Below, piece after piece: positions 10,401 to 17,583 of a stretch of 28,321 nt of DNA (position 1 is the first letter of the stretch; the number at the start of each line of letters is the position of its first letter). The notes beneath the pieces were generated by a model, which was not told the DNA's origin, made no database searches, and worked only from the letters and a program-made list of their open reading frames with translations. Source of the stretch: Oscillospiraceae bacterium (GTDB lineage: Bacteria > Bacillota > Clostridia > Oscillospirales > UBA929). The translations under genes were made by a program, and so were the position numbers. The stretch lies in the NCBI GenBank assembly GCA_031282535.1, contig JAITDM010000246.1, forward strand, positions 1-28,321. The letters are read 5' to 3'.

Positions 10401-10983
10401 AAACGGCATCCTGCGCCGCCTTGACGCGCTGGGACGCACTCTGCGCCTGCGCGCCCGACGAGGGCATCCCGGTCAGGCCCGAGATGGTGGGCGTGGCGTT
10501 TTTCCGCGCCGCGTCAAGCGTGGCCTGCCGGTCCGCCTCCACGCGCCGCCCCGCCGGTATGTCGTAGTCGCGCAGGCGAAGATACTCCTGCGCCTCCGGC
10601 TTTGCCAACTGGTTTTGCGCGGCCCGCTGGTTGCGCTGCTGCTGCCGCAGGCCGCCCAGCGCCTGCGAATTTTTGAAAATGGTGTCTATGATCTTATCCG
10701 TAGTGCCCGCACCGTACACTTTGTCGGTGCGGGCTTTTGTCGCCATGAAGTGATCCCTGAGCCGCGACCCGGCGTCGAGATACTGGCTGATCTGCGACTC
10801 AGATGCCGGCTGTTTCGCCAGCTTTTGCCCCTGCTCCAACCATGCGTTGAACTCGTCGTCGCGGGACGCCTCATCGCCGTACTTTTCGGGGTTCATCCGC
10901 GCGCGGTAGAGCGCCATGGCGGATGTGGTTTTCTTTTCGTCTTTTTCTTTGGTCCTTGTGCGATATAGGCCCATTGCGCTCAT
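1426..10983 (-). CDS. Giant internal virion / DNA-ejection polyvalent protein (3185 aa)
   Basis: 9.5-kb open frame with RBS AAGGAGG. It has a Gly/Ala hydrophobic segment, a HExxH motif (HEEYH, 7825-7839), two lower-GC inserted domains, a coiled-coil repeat and a long helical C-terminus, and lies between the tail genes and the lysis module. Confidence 0.9.
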   Translation of the reverse strand: MSAMGLYRTRTKEKDEKKTTSAMALYRARMNPEKYGDEASRDDEFNAWLEQGQKLAKQPASESQISQYLDAGSRLRDHFMATKARTDKVYGAGTTDKIIDTIFKNSQALGGLRQQQRNQRAAQNQLAKPEAQEYLRLRDYDIPAGRRVEADRQATLDAARKNATPTISGLTGMPSSGAQAQSASQRVKAAQDAVWEQQSQIRKAEAVQAPLRYEPYRSAPGFADAPEAELPRPNVWDYTSDIQGGLERKTLAQDYITPEERQMYNYVYQTKGQEEAEKYLDILRDQFAMRSGEKKAEWAGDSALKQLSVAVEGGLGTAGANLRQALTGEQLPLSRAAAMQSATRENIDGAMGTVFDITSTVANMAPSIAAGALYGPGVGAGLMGVQAYGGAYGEQLREGYSPEQARMYGVLVGASEAGLSYLLGGIGKVGGMLTGNIAKNTIAKIDNAILRTALTLGVKGAGEFSEEYMQEILDPVWRNLVLGENNEFKIFTDEALYAGILGAVTAGMLELPGAIHTEASAPRVGVGIRESGKYEALMSRALSFDQSTVVYNFANSLQNAEPTDAQIGRLAQMYKESGGDLSFLYAAPQQEAQAGPAQVEPAPVAPEQSSIVAQLTEAGMPVYEARRQAQTIATILRGETPSGNKAAELARSPEALAVLSRYTGQEINTDAPISQVRASVQGLANPSAAAASPPLVGEAGMARAVPTVKDSLSVADLRTPDLAASDTQAMADMADTLGPVGGRTLQRMYNPDVAAADYYPAFVQQYEAARNGREAPADSVLTPPQIEAAREAGAADADVTRDVRVTERDESVPAPTGKAAVFEAARALGEDSRGAVALYEQYDPAQDAGTYIDEMTRYYEAGLARATYAPGTDDMITEEQALSAYEAGWDDANSIEGSETNGGEEANAGGAGRQARKSGVAAGGPASEVSTGQRTGPENGAQRARAEDLRRAVKAAGVVAESTAAQGISAGTTRKGMYITPAKLWSDTERAVSRKMAKLGVQVIYFTGDMEIRENGVVGTARGAVSADGKRMWIKADHPFLTVEQIAAHEEYHLLARTDKNLVQETRKMLLTKFSNEDLNALIGVYMDEYGLFNKSDDEILEEILADAYAGIEVNIPTLQFSEVARERAAQVERGAAEQFSYEGRDPETGRGIYRSNFPKGTPKLAKSEKILQYIQDVWSQKPIRLVLHENGADRVIYAQFDPAYDPKVASDATKLMIGNRHGSYSDQRVTLDLADDYYQIASESVYNYSKGEEGKTSATHRGVRQWHYFINDILFREYEGDNTTPYRVTVNVKERTDGHFVYSFSAEKQKTNEHPPEIQSGVSGKAADVRSKSRVPQEESSVKDFTEKEQFSLEEPVESTRDLIAVHNLTPTNLRDALELGGLAMPSIAVTRAELGQPNFGPISLIFGRNTVDPSADKRNRLYGGDAYTPIFPEVGYKLDEKKTQALYRWGRDVAKEHGLPSETWTFLYDTNITDRLEWHGGDFIKAYRDHNDMRLLYAADTIPDFDPVLREDGKYDHYATQADIKSKIEQEAYEAWLAEKADGLVLKRGLRNKNDPYTPSGRRRSFEQLYNDYTIDNAVAMMARERPAGTGGWGDVASFAGAAAKTYKSIEDARADRARLQRLSEYGMSNIRDEFGNRIDELARKLVSNRPDPNDFRTISDAAEAMAEAVQKSKSVAGIYRYLKKWPDMFTVTTETAEEIATLAREIAETPRDYFEAKPARAVPFSEVLAAVIPDNIDRKLEADLEAAGIPLIMYAHNFEADRLDAINSVEGAQFSREERPEVWALREENELLAEKVEYWKRESKLTERAELRPADVRKLANSLRKEYESTAATDELSADLKTLGELIANDGSWTEIRERADAIASTIVENASALQDPSGQEFRDEMRKWIRKLRIKVPTELQADIPDYKDFRKANFGRFVLARDGQSIDSAFEDLRGMFGEAYFPSSITAESDQLQYLAELAGTLRPVRENPYRGAMRETVGFVSNEIIDRLIGDEVRQLPATAMDKAEQSRASAVLRERDRAAAALDRAEQSRASAVLKERDRAATALDKAEQSRASAVQRERQKTDAANARTARVRAEKNARIKEIRQAAKEKFQSAMKQERQRRIDAVDRLKKKYTAEKAADREARTAQRLRGQIMRHASALSQKLLKPSDKKHIPQELRTAVATLMGAINLESAAPRRTNLPKSVGAKQLGRKTKLRPLNTQRTEAFNAVRQQYRKIASEAPDTLVIDPDLMENIEAVIAMGDVRIAEMNSQQLTTVWQALKAIEASVSNANKLLAMSRYESVAEAANEIRGALEARKTKQEHGGWKYPVKLTQDLMFQSLRPVDFMHRLGDGGDAMFLAMRRAEDQNIRLLSEAQQANAEAFKGVNVRKIMEAAPKTFEVGGKTLQLTTGQIMDLYLLMKRPQAQGHVLGDGIRPAPILGKDGNVTRATEPVHVTEEDVTRIVNSLTAEQKILADHMGKYASTTLASWGNKASMDAYGYEKFTEENYWPINTDPNRRRGGVPGETGKLQAVATKNMGFTKETVPKAKNAIVLEDAFSVFAQHTAQMAWYSAWLTTIEDTQRVYNYLYRDEEGQVVGSVREDLGRVFGDRGKAYLDLLIKDIDQGTGGERDATSLGKLTSNYKAAAVGANVRVILQQPTAFFRAGAVIDNRYLLAALRPGRRKGTWDLIKKYAPIATWKDWGYFDRDAGRSVRDVLLSTDSNLDKLKEAAMAPAAKADSITWSALWRAAEAEIRHKRRDLTRRSEAFYEAVAERFNEIIDRTQVVDSLLQRDQMRRSTNSLVRMATSFMSEPITAYSMLARAHDDLVIGAPGAKRQMARTIVGLVLAGVANAAARALSDAARDDDKKRAYWEKWLASFTGFSGDEQGAMDYLGAALFGNLGSELNVVAKLPYFNDLFSIFQGYDIERMDMSAIARLVQTGSRGIGVIGGSGKMTFGAWLADFLAQASGVLGLPVANIKRDVMSGVSTGLAASDNWVGMYEYEKLLYPPTAAPGRYYDTLYAAWQTDKWQYEQIRRNLIRDGLEDSKIESGLRARIKKSGDFGAASDKAESGVTKDLQGRAAFKKLPAQQKDKALEMASDYAYAKAMDKANPDYEFKGQYAFVEKIEAGRPVGISPAEYILYDLAYDMATADKNADGESIPGSKQAKVIDALNGMSWLTDAEKAYLFGTSYKDSPNNPY
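4780..4966 (-). repeat. Three 66-bp (22-aa) tandem repeats, D(K/R)AEQSRASAV(L/Q)(R/K)ER...
   Basis: The core GCCCGCGACTGCTC recurs at 4805, 4871 and 4937. Confidence 0.9.
6953..6981 (+). promoter_or_regulatory. Sigma-A-type promoter, antisense and internal to the giant gene
   Basis: TTGACA (6953-6958), 17-bp spacer, TGn extended -10, TACTCT (6976-6981). Confidence 0.75.
6988..7055 (+). ncRNA. Candidate ~68-nt three-way-junction small RNA with intrinsic terminator and tRNA-Tyr-like anticodon arm
   Basis: P1 pairs 6989-6997 with 7040-7048 (9 bp perfect, extendable by 2). P2 is GCGGC/GCCGC (7001-7013). P3 is CCCCCGA/TCGGGGG with the 7-nt loop CTGTATT (7017-7037). A T6 run follows (7050-7055), and the unit starts ~7 nt after the -10 box. 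Confidence 0.65.
8106..8282 (-). CDS. Nested 58-aa protein in the +1 frame of the giant gene (MAAKKQMRVALDGKHGNLVWLPVDQLPKYQQAKEQGLRMEPKERERRISAVRSKLLAL)
   Basis: SD AAGGGAG lies 8 nt before the ATG. By hand count GC3 is 47/58 in this frame versus 21/59 in the host frame. Confidence 0.7.
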   Translation of the reverse strand: MAAKKQMRVALDGKHGNLVWLPVDQLPKYQQAKEQGLRMEPKERERRISAVRSKLLAL

Positions 10984-11002
10984 CTGAACCCCTCCTTCCC
11001 GA

Positions 11003-12958
11003 CTACTTCTTTACGAGAGACGTGGACCCCGTCCACGCCGCCGGCGCGAGCGACTTGAGGTTGACGGGACTCATGTTGATCGTCTTCTCGGCCGCAGCCA
11101 CCGTCGCGCTGTACTTGGCGGACAAGTACTGCTGATAGTTCGCGTAGTTCTTCACGTCGGCCGCCGCGGCCTTTTTGCGCGCGTTGAACTCGCTCTCCGT
11201 CATGATGCCGCTGTTCCCCGTCAAGGCAACGTACTCTGAGTATGTCTTCGGAGTTGGGTCGGAGAGGCCAAGGGCCGTATTGTAGAGATAATCCGCCTGG
11301 TCTTGCGCGAGATCCGTGGTCGCGACATACTTGAACACATCTATGTCGCTCTTGCCGGACTTCACCATATCCTGCGCGTGTGACAGGACGGTTTTGTAGT
11401 TGGCATCATTCGTGAACTGATTCGCGCCCGCGGCGGACCCCTTGAACATGCTCCACACCTGGCCCGTCTTGCTCTCGGTTAGGCCGGCGGAGAGCAACAT
11501 CTCATAGGCCGCCTCATCGCTGCCGGCGCCCCGCATGGCGGTAAGCAGGCCCGTGTAGTCTGTGCTGCCGCCGGCGCCCGTGCCGCCGCCGGACCCGCTG
11601 GACAGCGACTTCTGGCCGAGCGCCATTTGCAGCGCCCTGTCCTCGTCGTACTGCGCCTGCGCGGCGGCGATTTGGCTGTCTGTCCAGCCCATCGCCCTGT
11701 AGCCCGAGAAGTCGCCAACGGCGGCCAGCTGCTGAGCCTGCGCCTGCTGCTTGGCGTAGTCGTCGGTGCTCACGCCATAGTCAAACGTCTGGTTCCACTG
11801 GCTGTCGGCCACCTGGTCGCGGCCGACGGTGTAGTCATACGCCCGGTCGGTCTCGTAGACGTCGCGGTCGAACGACTGCTGCCACTGGTTGTCCGCCGCC
11901 GCCGCGCGGTCGACGGAGAAGTTCCGGTCCCAATCGTCAGAGAACACGCCGTAATCAAACGCGCGGTCAGTGTTGTACTGCCCCAGCTGGTCTTGATACT
12001 GGCCGTACTGCCGCGCGTAGTCGTCGGCAAACACGCCATAGTCGAAGCTGCGGTCCTGATTGTACTGCCCAAGATCGCTCTGATACTGTCCGAACTGGCG
12101 GCTGTAGTCGTCGGCGAACACGCCGTAATCAAACGCGCGGTTTTGGTTGTACTGGTTCAAGAGGGACTGGTACTTGGCGAAGTCCCCCTCTTCGAGGGCC
12201 ATCAGCAGTTGCGCGTTGTTGCGCTGGGTATTCCCCTCGTCCATATACATGCCATATGCCAGCTGCTGGAGTTCCGGGATCTTCCCAGCCAACTGGCTCA
12301 TATAGTTGTCGTACGATTGCTGGGCCGCGCTGCCGGCGTAGGAGCTTGCCAGGCCGCCGGTCCGGGCCGAAACCTGCCCAAGCGTGTCCTGCATGGCGCG
12401 CTGGCCCAGATTGGTGTACTCCTTTGAGTACTGCTGATAGAGCGGATCTTCCTCGTGATTATACGAGAAAGCCTCTCTGCCAAGGATCGCCTCTGTGAGC
12501 GCGTCAATCTGCGCCTGACGCTGGCTCACATACTCCGGCGCGGCGTCATACGAAAACTCTGGAATCGTGGGCGCAGTAGGCGCCACGCCGTCGTACGAAT
12601 ACTGCGGTATATCGGGCGCATTCGGCGCAGTGCCATTGTACGAATACTCCGGCACTGGCGTCTTCGAGGAAGAAGACGAAGACGAAGAGCTTGACGAAGA
12701 AGATCCAGACCCCGGCTTGGTGGCGCTCATCGTCGCGCCGCCGGCGATTGCCGTCTGAATCGGTCCGCTGCTCCCCGACAGGGAATCCGTATAATACTTG
12801 ATGTAATCGGTCGTGTGTGGTGCGTCTATTCCCTCAGTGTCGATCTTCTCATTGCGGAGGACTTGATACTGACCCGCCGCCGCATAGTCGCCCTTCGCCA
12901 CGGACTCATCAATGAGCTTTTGATAATCTTTCTCGTACCCGTACTGGTCGAGCGCCAT
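11003..12958 (-). CDS. Internal virion / ejection-type protein (651 aa) with repeats
   Basis: RBS GAGGGGG; Gln/Tyr-rich segment FSYNHEEDPLYQQY...RAMQDTLG...TGGLASSYA; located just before the giant ejection gene. Confidence 0.75.
   Translation of the reverse strand: MALDQYGYEKDYQKLIDESVAKGDYAAAGQYQVLRNEKIDTEGIDAPHTTDYIKYYTDSLSGSSGPIQTAIAGGATMSATKPGSGSSSSSSSSSSSSSKTPVPEYSYNGTAPNAPDIPQYSYDGVAPTAPTIPEFSYDAAPEYVSQRQAQIDALTEAILGREAFSYNHEEDPLYQQYSKEYTNLGQRAMQDTLGQVSARTGGLASSYAGSAAQQSYDNYMSQLAGKIPELQQLAYGMYMDEGNTQRNNAQLLMALEEGDFAKYQSLLNQYNQNRAFDYGVFADDYSRQFGQYQSDLGQYNQDRSFDYGVFADDYARQYGQYQDQLGQYNTDRAFDYGVFSDDWDRNFSVDRAAAADNQWQQSFDRDVYETDRAYDYTVGRDQVADSQWNQTFDYGVSTDDYAKQQAQAQQLAAVGDFSGYRAMGWTDSQIAAAQAQYDEDRALQMALGQKSLSSGSGGGTGAGGSTDYTGLLTAMRGAGSDEAAYEMLLSAGLTESKTGQVWSMFKGSAAGANQFTNDANYKTVLSHAQDMVKSGKSDIDVFKYVATTDLAQDQADYLYNTALGLSDPTPKTYSEYVALTGNSGIMTESEFNARKKAAAADVKNYANYQQYLSAKYSATVAAAEKTINMSPVNLKSLAPAAWTGSTSLVKK
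11920..12154 (-). repeat. About 2.7 copies of an 87-bp (29-aa) repeat, QYNxxRxFDYGVFxDD
   Basis: TTGTACTG recurs at 11973, 12060 and 12147. Confidence 0.9.
12530..12710 (-). repeat. Poly-Ser tract followed by about three 15-aa repeats, P(E/Q)(Y/F)SY(N/D)GxAPxAPxI
   Basis: Translation SGSSSSSSSSSSSSKTPVPEYSYNGTAPNAPDIPQYSYDGVAPTAPTIPEFSYDAAPEY. Confidence 0.8.
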
Positions 12959-12960
12959 CT

Positions 12961-13125
12961 TTAAGACCCCCTCTTTTCGAGCGCCGCCACGCGCCGCTCC
13001 AAGCCCTGCAACTCAAACGTCAACCTCTCGTAGAGGTAGTACATGTACTTATCAATCTCCACCATAGCCTCCCGCGTGGGCAGGCCCTCTGTCCTGGGCG
13101 GCGGTGTAGGAAGATGAATCGCCAT
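12961..13125 (-). CDS. Small hypothetical protein (54 aa, below the ORF-track cutoff): MAIHLPTPPPRTEGLPTREAMVEIDKYMYYLYERLTFELQGLERRVAALEKRGS
   Basis: The ATG overlaps the upstream stop (TGATG). The ORF fills the gap exactly and contains the RBS of the next gene. Confidence 0.8.
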   Translation of the reverse strand: MAIHLPTPPPRTEGLPTREAMVEIDKYMYYLYERLTFELQGLERRVAALEKRGS

Positions 13126-14930
13126 CAATACTCACTCCCGACTCTGAACTCTCTGACGAAACTGCGCAACATGCACCGGCCCAGCCCGCTGATCCGGACC
13201 ACAAACCGGTCGCACCGCGTGGGCACAATCGGCACCATGGCGGTCTTTGCGTGCTCATCGTGCGACAAAAACACCTGCCGGAACGGCTCGTTGTCGCCGC
13301 GAACCTCGACCTTGAACCACGCCCCCGGATCCAAGTCCACACGCAACATCAGGCGCGAATACGACTTCCTCCCATGCGTGGTTTCCGTGAAGGGGCAGAA
13401 CGTCATGCCCCACTCGATGCGGCCCTCTTCTGAGTCGTCCTGGCCGGTCCGATAAATCCGGCCTGTCTCCCAGTCGAGATAGTACAGAACGCCATCCAGC
13501 GCCGCGAAATCGAGCGCCCTGGTGGCGTCTTCTCGCAACCACATACCGCGAAGTGTGTCAAAGACATACAGCTCCGGCGAAAGCCCATCGCGCACCATGG
13601 ATATGTAATAACGCTGCCCATCTGTCCCCGCCACAGCGCCGCCATACTCCCGCGTGCCGAACACGCCAGAGATCAGCGACGGCGCGCCGCCGGTGTAGGC
13701 ATAGACGCCCTTGCGGCCTTTATAATACAGCACCTCATTGATGATACTCAGACTCTTTGAACTGCCCATCTGCACGCCTGGAATCGTGTAGGTGTACACA
13801 GTATAGTTCTCCGGCAGATTGCCCAGCACCTTGTGCAGGCAGTCTTCCTTAAAGAACAAAATCGCCGACGAAAACGCGGCGCATCCGGTGAAATCGCCGT
13901 CGGTCCCCACCGCCACGGCGTAGCTGTCTGTCGCCAGCCCGTCGTACACGAAGAAGTTCCGCGGATCCCCCAGCGCCGAGGCGTAGATGGTGTTTCCCTC
14001 GCATCCCCAGAGGCGATTGTCCGCCTCGCAGATGAAGTCAAGGTCGGGGATCTTCCTGGCCACCGTCACGGCCCCGGACTCTACGCCCTCAGTGAATGTG
14101 CCCTCTGCAAATGTCAGCGTTCCCGCTGACACCTCTTTGATGATTCTAGTGCCGTTATTGTCGGGGAGAGCCTCACACCCCGAAATCTCTACAGCACTGC
14201 CAACCTCGAAAATCTTTGTGAAGTCACTGCCGGTGTATGCGGCAGTATGCCGCGTGATAATCAGTTGCACTTGAAGGGTATATGCATATTTTTGAAAGAC
14301 AACCCCGTACGATTTATCCGATCTTTTGATAATGTCGCCAATCATTACGTTTTGCACGGGGATTTTATGCCCTCCGCCCAACACGACGTTCCCTGTATCT
14401 TTGTCTATTGATGCAGTTTCGTACACCATTATAATTGTGTCAGTGTTATAAGGGAGGCCCATAGAACCGGGTTGCGAAAAGTCTATGTATCCGGACATGC
14501 TGTCCGTGAGGGTACTATCGGCGAACTCCGCATAGCCCTCCAAGATCGTCGCCGACGCGCCGAGCGACCCGAAGTCGCCAGTCGCAGTGTCGTAGTAGAC
14601 CTTATCGGGGAAGATCACAATCTTGGTGTTGATGGTGGCGAACTGCTTCTCCCCCGGCGTCACAGTCCCGACGGACATGCCGCCGTAAATGAACTCTGTG
14701 CCCTTCACAAAGCACAGATTTCCGCGCGCATACAGCGCACTCACGCCCTCCAAGGCCCCCTCGCGCTTGCGTCCTGCGCGCTGGGACATGCATGGATAAT
14801 GCGCCGAAGACAGGTTGTGCGACTCGGCCAACTCGCCGTCGCGATACCCCTGCCCATAGTTGATTCCGCCGAAGGCGATAATCTGCGGCTTTTCCTTGGG
14901 CGGGAGCGTCTTGATCTGAGGCAGTCTCAC
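13125..14930 (-). CDS. Tail stabilization / nozzle-like protein
   Basis: Likely GTG start at 14930 overlapping the upstream TGA (MRLPQIK). Beta-propeller-like content (DLDFICEADNRLWGC...IYASALGDPRNF...GDFTGC) and typical position before the ejection genes. Confidence 0.7.
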   Translation of the reverse strand: MRLPQIKTLPPKEKPQIIAFGGINYGQGYRDGELAESHNLSSAHYPCMSQRAGRKREGALEGVSALYARGNLCFVKGTEFIYGGMSVGTVTPGEKQFATINTKIVIFPDKVYYDTATGDFGSLGASATILEGYAEFADSTLTDSMSGYIDFSQPGSMGLPYNTDTIIMVYETASIDKDTGNVVLGGGHKIPVQNVMIGDIIKRSDKSYGVVFQKYAYTLQVQLIITRHTAAYTGSDFTKIFEVGSAVEISGCEALPDNNGTRIIKEVSAGTLTFAEGTFTEGVESGAVTVARKIPDLDFICEADNRLWGCEGNTIYASALGDPRNFFVYDGLATDSYAVAVGTDGDFTGCAAFSSAILFFKEDCLHKVLGNLPENYTVYTYTIPGVQMGSSKSLSIINEVLYYKGRKGVYAYTGGAPSLISGVFGTREYGGAVAGTDGQRYYISMVRDGLSPELYVFDTLRGMWLREDATRALDFAALDGVLYYLDWETGRIYRTGQDDSEEGRIEWGMTFCPFTETTHGRKSYSRLMLRVDLDPGAWFKVEVRGDNEPFRQVFLSHDEHAKTAMVPIVPTRCDRFVVRISGLGRCMLRSFVREFRVGSEY

Positions 14931-15298
14931 CACCACACCCCCCGCAAAGAAGGCCGCCGCGGCATGTGCGTGCGTTGAAGGTGCTTGCACAGCGCGTCAT
15001 ACTCGACATTGAACGCCGTCGCGGTGTTTTGATACTCCGCCGTCTCGCCCCGATGTGACTCCATCTGGGCGCGCAGGTAGGTATCATACAGGCCGTCATA
15101 CGGCGAATGCGTCAACAGGGGCTTGTCCCCATCACGCGGATACTCCCGCGGAGGGTTCCCCGGAATGCAGAGTCGGAGGAACACTTCGCGCCACAACTGC
15201 CCGTCGAGCTGAATTAGCCAACGGGCCTTATCCTCATCCGGGTACGCGTTGGGCGAAAGCCGGTCAACGCGCGCGATGACTTCGTTGATTGTGGGCAT
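14927..15298 (-). CDS. Hypothetical virion protein, possible head-tail adaptor (123 aa)
   Basis: Good RBS, helical protein (MPTINEVIARVDRLSPNAY...PYDGLYDTYL), immediately upstream of the tail protein. Confidence 0.55.
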   Translation of the reverse strand: MPTINEVIARVDRLSPNAYPDEDKARWLIQLDGQLWREVFLRLCIPGNPPREYPRDGDKPLLTHSPYDGLYDTYLRAQMESHRGETAEYQNTATAFNVEYDALCKHLQRTHMPRRPSLRGVWW

Positions 15299-15310
15299 GC
15301 AGATACCCCC

Positions 15311-16120
15311 TTATGCCTGATTCCAGGATCCGCTTTGTTTTGCATACATCCCGGACGCCTGTGTCCAGGATCCAGACTGCTTGACATACAGCCCAATCGC
15401 CCCCGGCGTGGGCGCGGTAGACGTGTAAGTGTAACACCCGTCGGAGTCAACTGTGTCGGACACTTGGAGGTTGTACGGCAGGTTGAACATGGGGCGGATG
15501 CCGCGAAAATTTTCAGGCAGTCTTGCGCTACTGTCCGCAGAATTGATCACGTAGTTTCCGCTAGAATCATTCTCTTTCCTTTTGCGAAAGAACTGCCAGC
15601 CATTTGAGCCGGTCCCACTGCCGTATACTGTACGCGTCCACCAGTCTATAGTTTCCCCAGTGGACTCCAGGACAGGCTCCCACAAGTGATCTAGGGCTGG
15701 ACCAGCAAATATCTGAAGCCTAGGGCCGTCAGTCCGGTTGGCCACAGACGTCGTCCCGTCAAGCTCGTATGCGGACGGGATGTAAACCTTCTTATCAAGT
15801 GCCATCTGATAATAGTATGAGTCCCCGGACGTGATTCTGCCCCACGTGTTCGGCTGCACCGTGATCAGCGCGGCGCGAATGTCAGCATCCAACAATTGCG
15901 GATAGTGATCTTTAAGGTAATAATCAATCCGCGTCTCGTGGTAACACGCGCATTGCCCGTATATGTTCATGCCATCAGTGCGCGCGATATCACGGCGCAT
16001 CATCGTAATCGCGGTAACGCCGTATATGCCGGACTTATCGGCGACAAAGAACTGCTTTTGCACGCCGTCTTCGCGCAACTTTAGGCGCGCGCCCACTGGC
16101 AAATTGTTGAGAGCCTGCAT
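15311..16120 (-). CDS. DUF6273-like / C-type-lectin-fold fibre-tip (receptor-binding) protein
   Basis: LNNLPVGARLKL start, KVYIPSAYEL, WWTRT and GIRPMFNL motifs; C-terminal doubled YxKQSGSWxQ. Confidence 0.65.
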   Translation of the reverse strand: MQALNNLPVGARLKLREDGVQKQFFVADKSGIYGVTAITMMRRDIARTDGMNIYGQCACYHETRIDYYLKDHYPQLLDADIRAALITVQPNTWGRITSGDSYYYQMALDKKVYIPSAYELDGTTSVANRTDGPRLQIFAGPALDHLWEPVLESTGETIDWWTRTVYGSGTGSNGWQFFRKRKENDSSGNYVINSADSSARLPENFRGIRPMFNLPYNLQVSDTVDSDGCYTYTSTAPTPGAIGLYVKQSGSWTQASGMYAKQSGSWNQA

Positions 16121-16133
16121 AGTCTCACCACCC

Positions 16134-16556
16134 CTACCCGATCATGATATAAATATCCCCATTCGCGCCCAGCGAAGACGACGGCGCGTTTGCACCGAAG
16201 TAGATGTTCCTGACGCCCTTGGTCGACCCGGACGTGGGCGACACCACTGACACCGTGCCGGTGAATGCGGACCCGGCCAGCGCCGCCTTCAACGCAATCT
16301 GTGCGAAGACGTCCGTGTTTTTGCCCTGCGGATCATACACGGACTTCATCATGTCGCCGCCGCCCGGCCCAGCGGGCCCCTGAATCCCCTGCGGGCCCTG
16401 CGGCCCTGCGGGACCCTGCGCCCCGGTTGCCCCCGTCGCACCCTTTGCCCCTGTGGCCCCCGTGGCGCCTGTTGCGCCTGTCGGCCCTTGCGGACCCGCC
16501 GGCCCTTGCGCCCCCGGCGGCCCGATGATCGGTCCCAAGTTGTAACTCGGCATCAT
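16134..16556 (-). CDS. Short collagen-like fibre protein
   Basis: True start ATG at 16556 or 16553 after GGAGG. It has Gly-X-Y repeats, [13 protein letters not shown], and the C-terminal [14 protein letters not shown]. Confidence 0.85.
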   Translation of the reverse strand: MMPSYNLGPIIGPPGAQGPAGPQGPTGATGATGATGAKGATGATGAQGPAGPQGPQGIQGPAGPGGGDMMKSVYDPQGKNTDVFAQIALKAALAGSAFTGTVSVVSPTSGSTKGVRNIYFGANAPSSSLGANGDIYIMIG

Positions 16557-17161
16557 TGCACCTCCGCTGTCGCGAGAATTCCCCAGATTTTTATGTACGT
16601 TTCCGTCATAAAGCTTCCGTAATCCGGGATGATCTGGATGGTTTCGATCCCGGAGATCACCTGTTGCAAGTTGCAATATGACCCCCAGTACGTGTCACTC
16701 CGAGGCGAGTCTTCTGAAACATAGGTGGACACATGGTTGCAGAAAGCCATGTGTGAATTTACCGAGCCAAGCAAGCCAAATTCCCCGCGCGTAACGACGC
16801 CGAATGAGTGGCTAACGCTTTCCGGATAACAGAGTTCAATCCAATTTGTTCCCGGGAACCTGTCCCCGAGGGACCAGGCCCAGAAATAACTATAGTTCTC
16901 ATCTTCGTTCATTCTTAGGTATAGGGGCTGCGAAAAAGAAGAATTTGTTCCGTGCTGTGTGATTTCAAACACGTACTTTTCATATACGTACCCTTCAGGT
17001 GGTGGTGCGCAATCATAGAGGTATATCGAGAACCATCCGGACTCGCCACTTGCAACCATGTCGTCATAAATCAGCACCTCACCGCCACCGCCGCCGCCTT
17101 TGGCGTCGCCGACGATGGGCAATAGTGTCCCGTTGGGTTGCTTTACATACATTGCGCCCAT
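16553..17161 (-). CDS. Hypothetical fibre-associated protein (lower GC)
   Basis: GGAGG lies 8 nt before ATG 17161 ([15 protein letters not shown], then a Gly linker); ATGA overlap with the next gene. Confidence 0.75.
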   Translation of the reverse strand: MGAMYVKQPNGTLLPIVGDAKGGGGGGEVLIYDDMVASGESGWFSIYLYDCAPPPEGYVYEKYVFEITQHGTNSSFSQPLYLRMNEDENYSYFWAWSLGDRFPGTNWIELCYPESVSHSFGVVTRGEFGLLGSVNSHMAFCNHVSTYVSEDSPRSDTYWGSYCNLQQVISGIETIQIIPDYGSFMTETYIKIWGILATAEVQ

Positions 17162-17175
17162 AACGGGCACCTCCT

Positions 17176-17568
17176 TTATGAAACTCTGACCTGTATCGTG
17201 GGCGACGACGGCCCGTCTATTGAAAAAACTTGTAGCGTCGTCTGCCCAGTCACGTTCAAGGATCGGATCACGAGCGACGTGACGTAGCCACTCTGAATTA
17301 CCTGCGCGATAGAGGTGTTCCCGGTTTGCCCGCGGACGCGCTTGTCGCTGCAGTTAGTCGGGTTGTAAAATACCGTCACATTCATCGTGGAATTCTTAGG
17401 CATGCTGAGGATGGTGGACGGAAAGCTTAATGATAGGCATCTTATGTAGGGGTTTCCGTCACATACCTTTACACCGTTTAGGTACAACCCCTTTATACGT
17501 GTCATATTGAGAATCAGAAAGCTCACATTTTTGGGTAGAATGATCCCGCCATCTCTTACAAGTGACAT
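17176..17568 (-). CDS. Ig-like (Big_2-type) domain protein
   Basis: LSMPKNSTMNVTVFYNPTNCSDKRV...TGNTSIAQV...GQTTLQVFSIDG...IQVRV follows the bacterial Ig group-2 pattern. Confidence 0.7.
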   Translation of the reverse strand: MSLVRDGGIILPKNVSFLILNMTRIKGLYLNGVKVCDGNPYIRCLSLSFPSTILSMPKNSTMNVTVFYNPTNCSDKRVRGQTGNTSIAQVIQSGYVTSLVIRSLNVTGQTTLQVFSIDGPSSPTIQVRVS

Positions 17569-17583
17569 CCTGCACCACTCCCA

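Noticed and set aside
15311-16120. Diversity-generating retroelement target
   Set aside because: The fold type fits DGR targets, but no reverse transcriptase or template repeat is visible in the window; the rest of the genome is needed.
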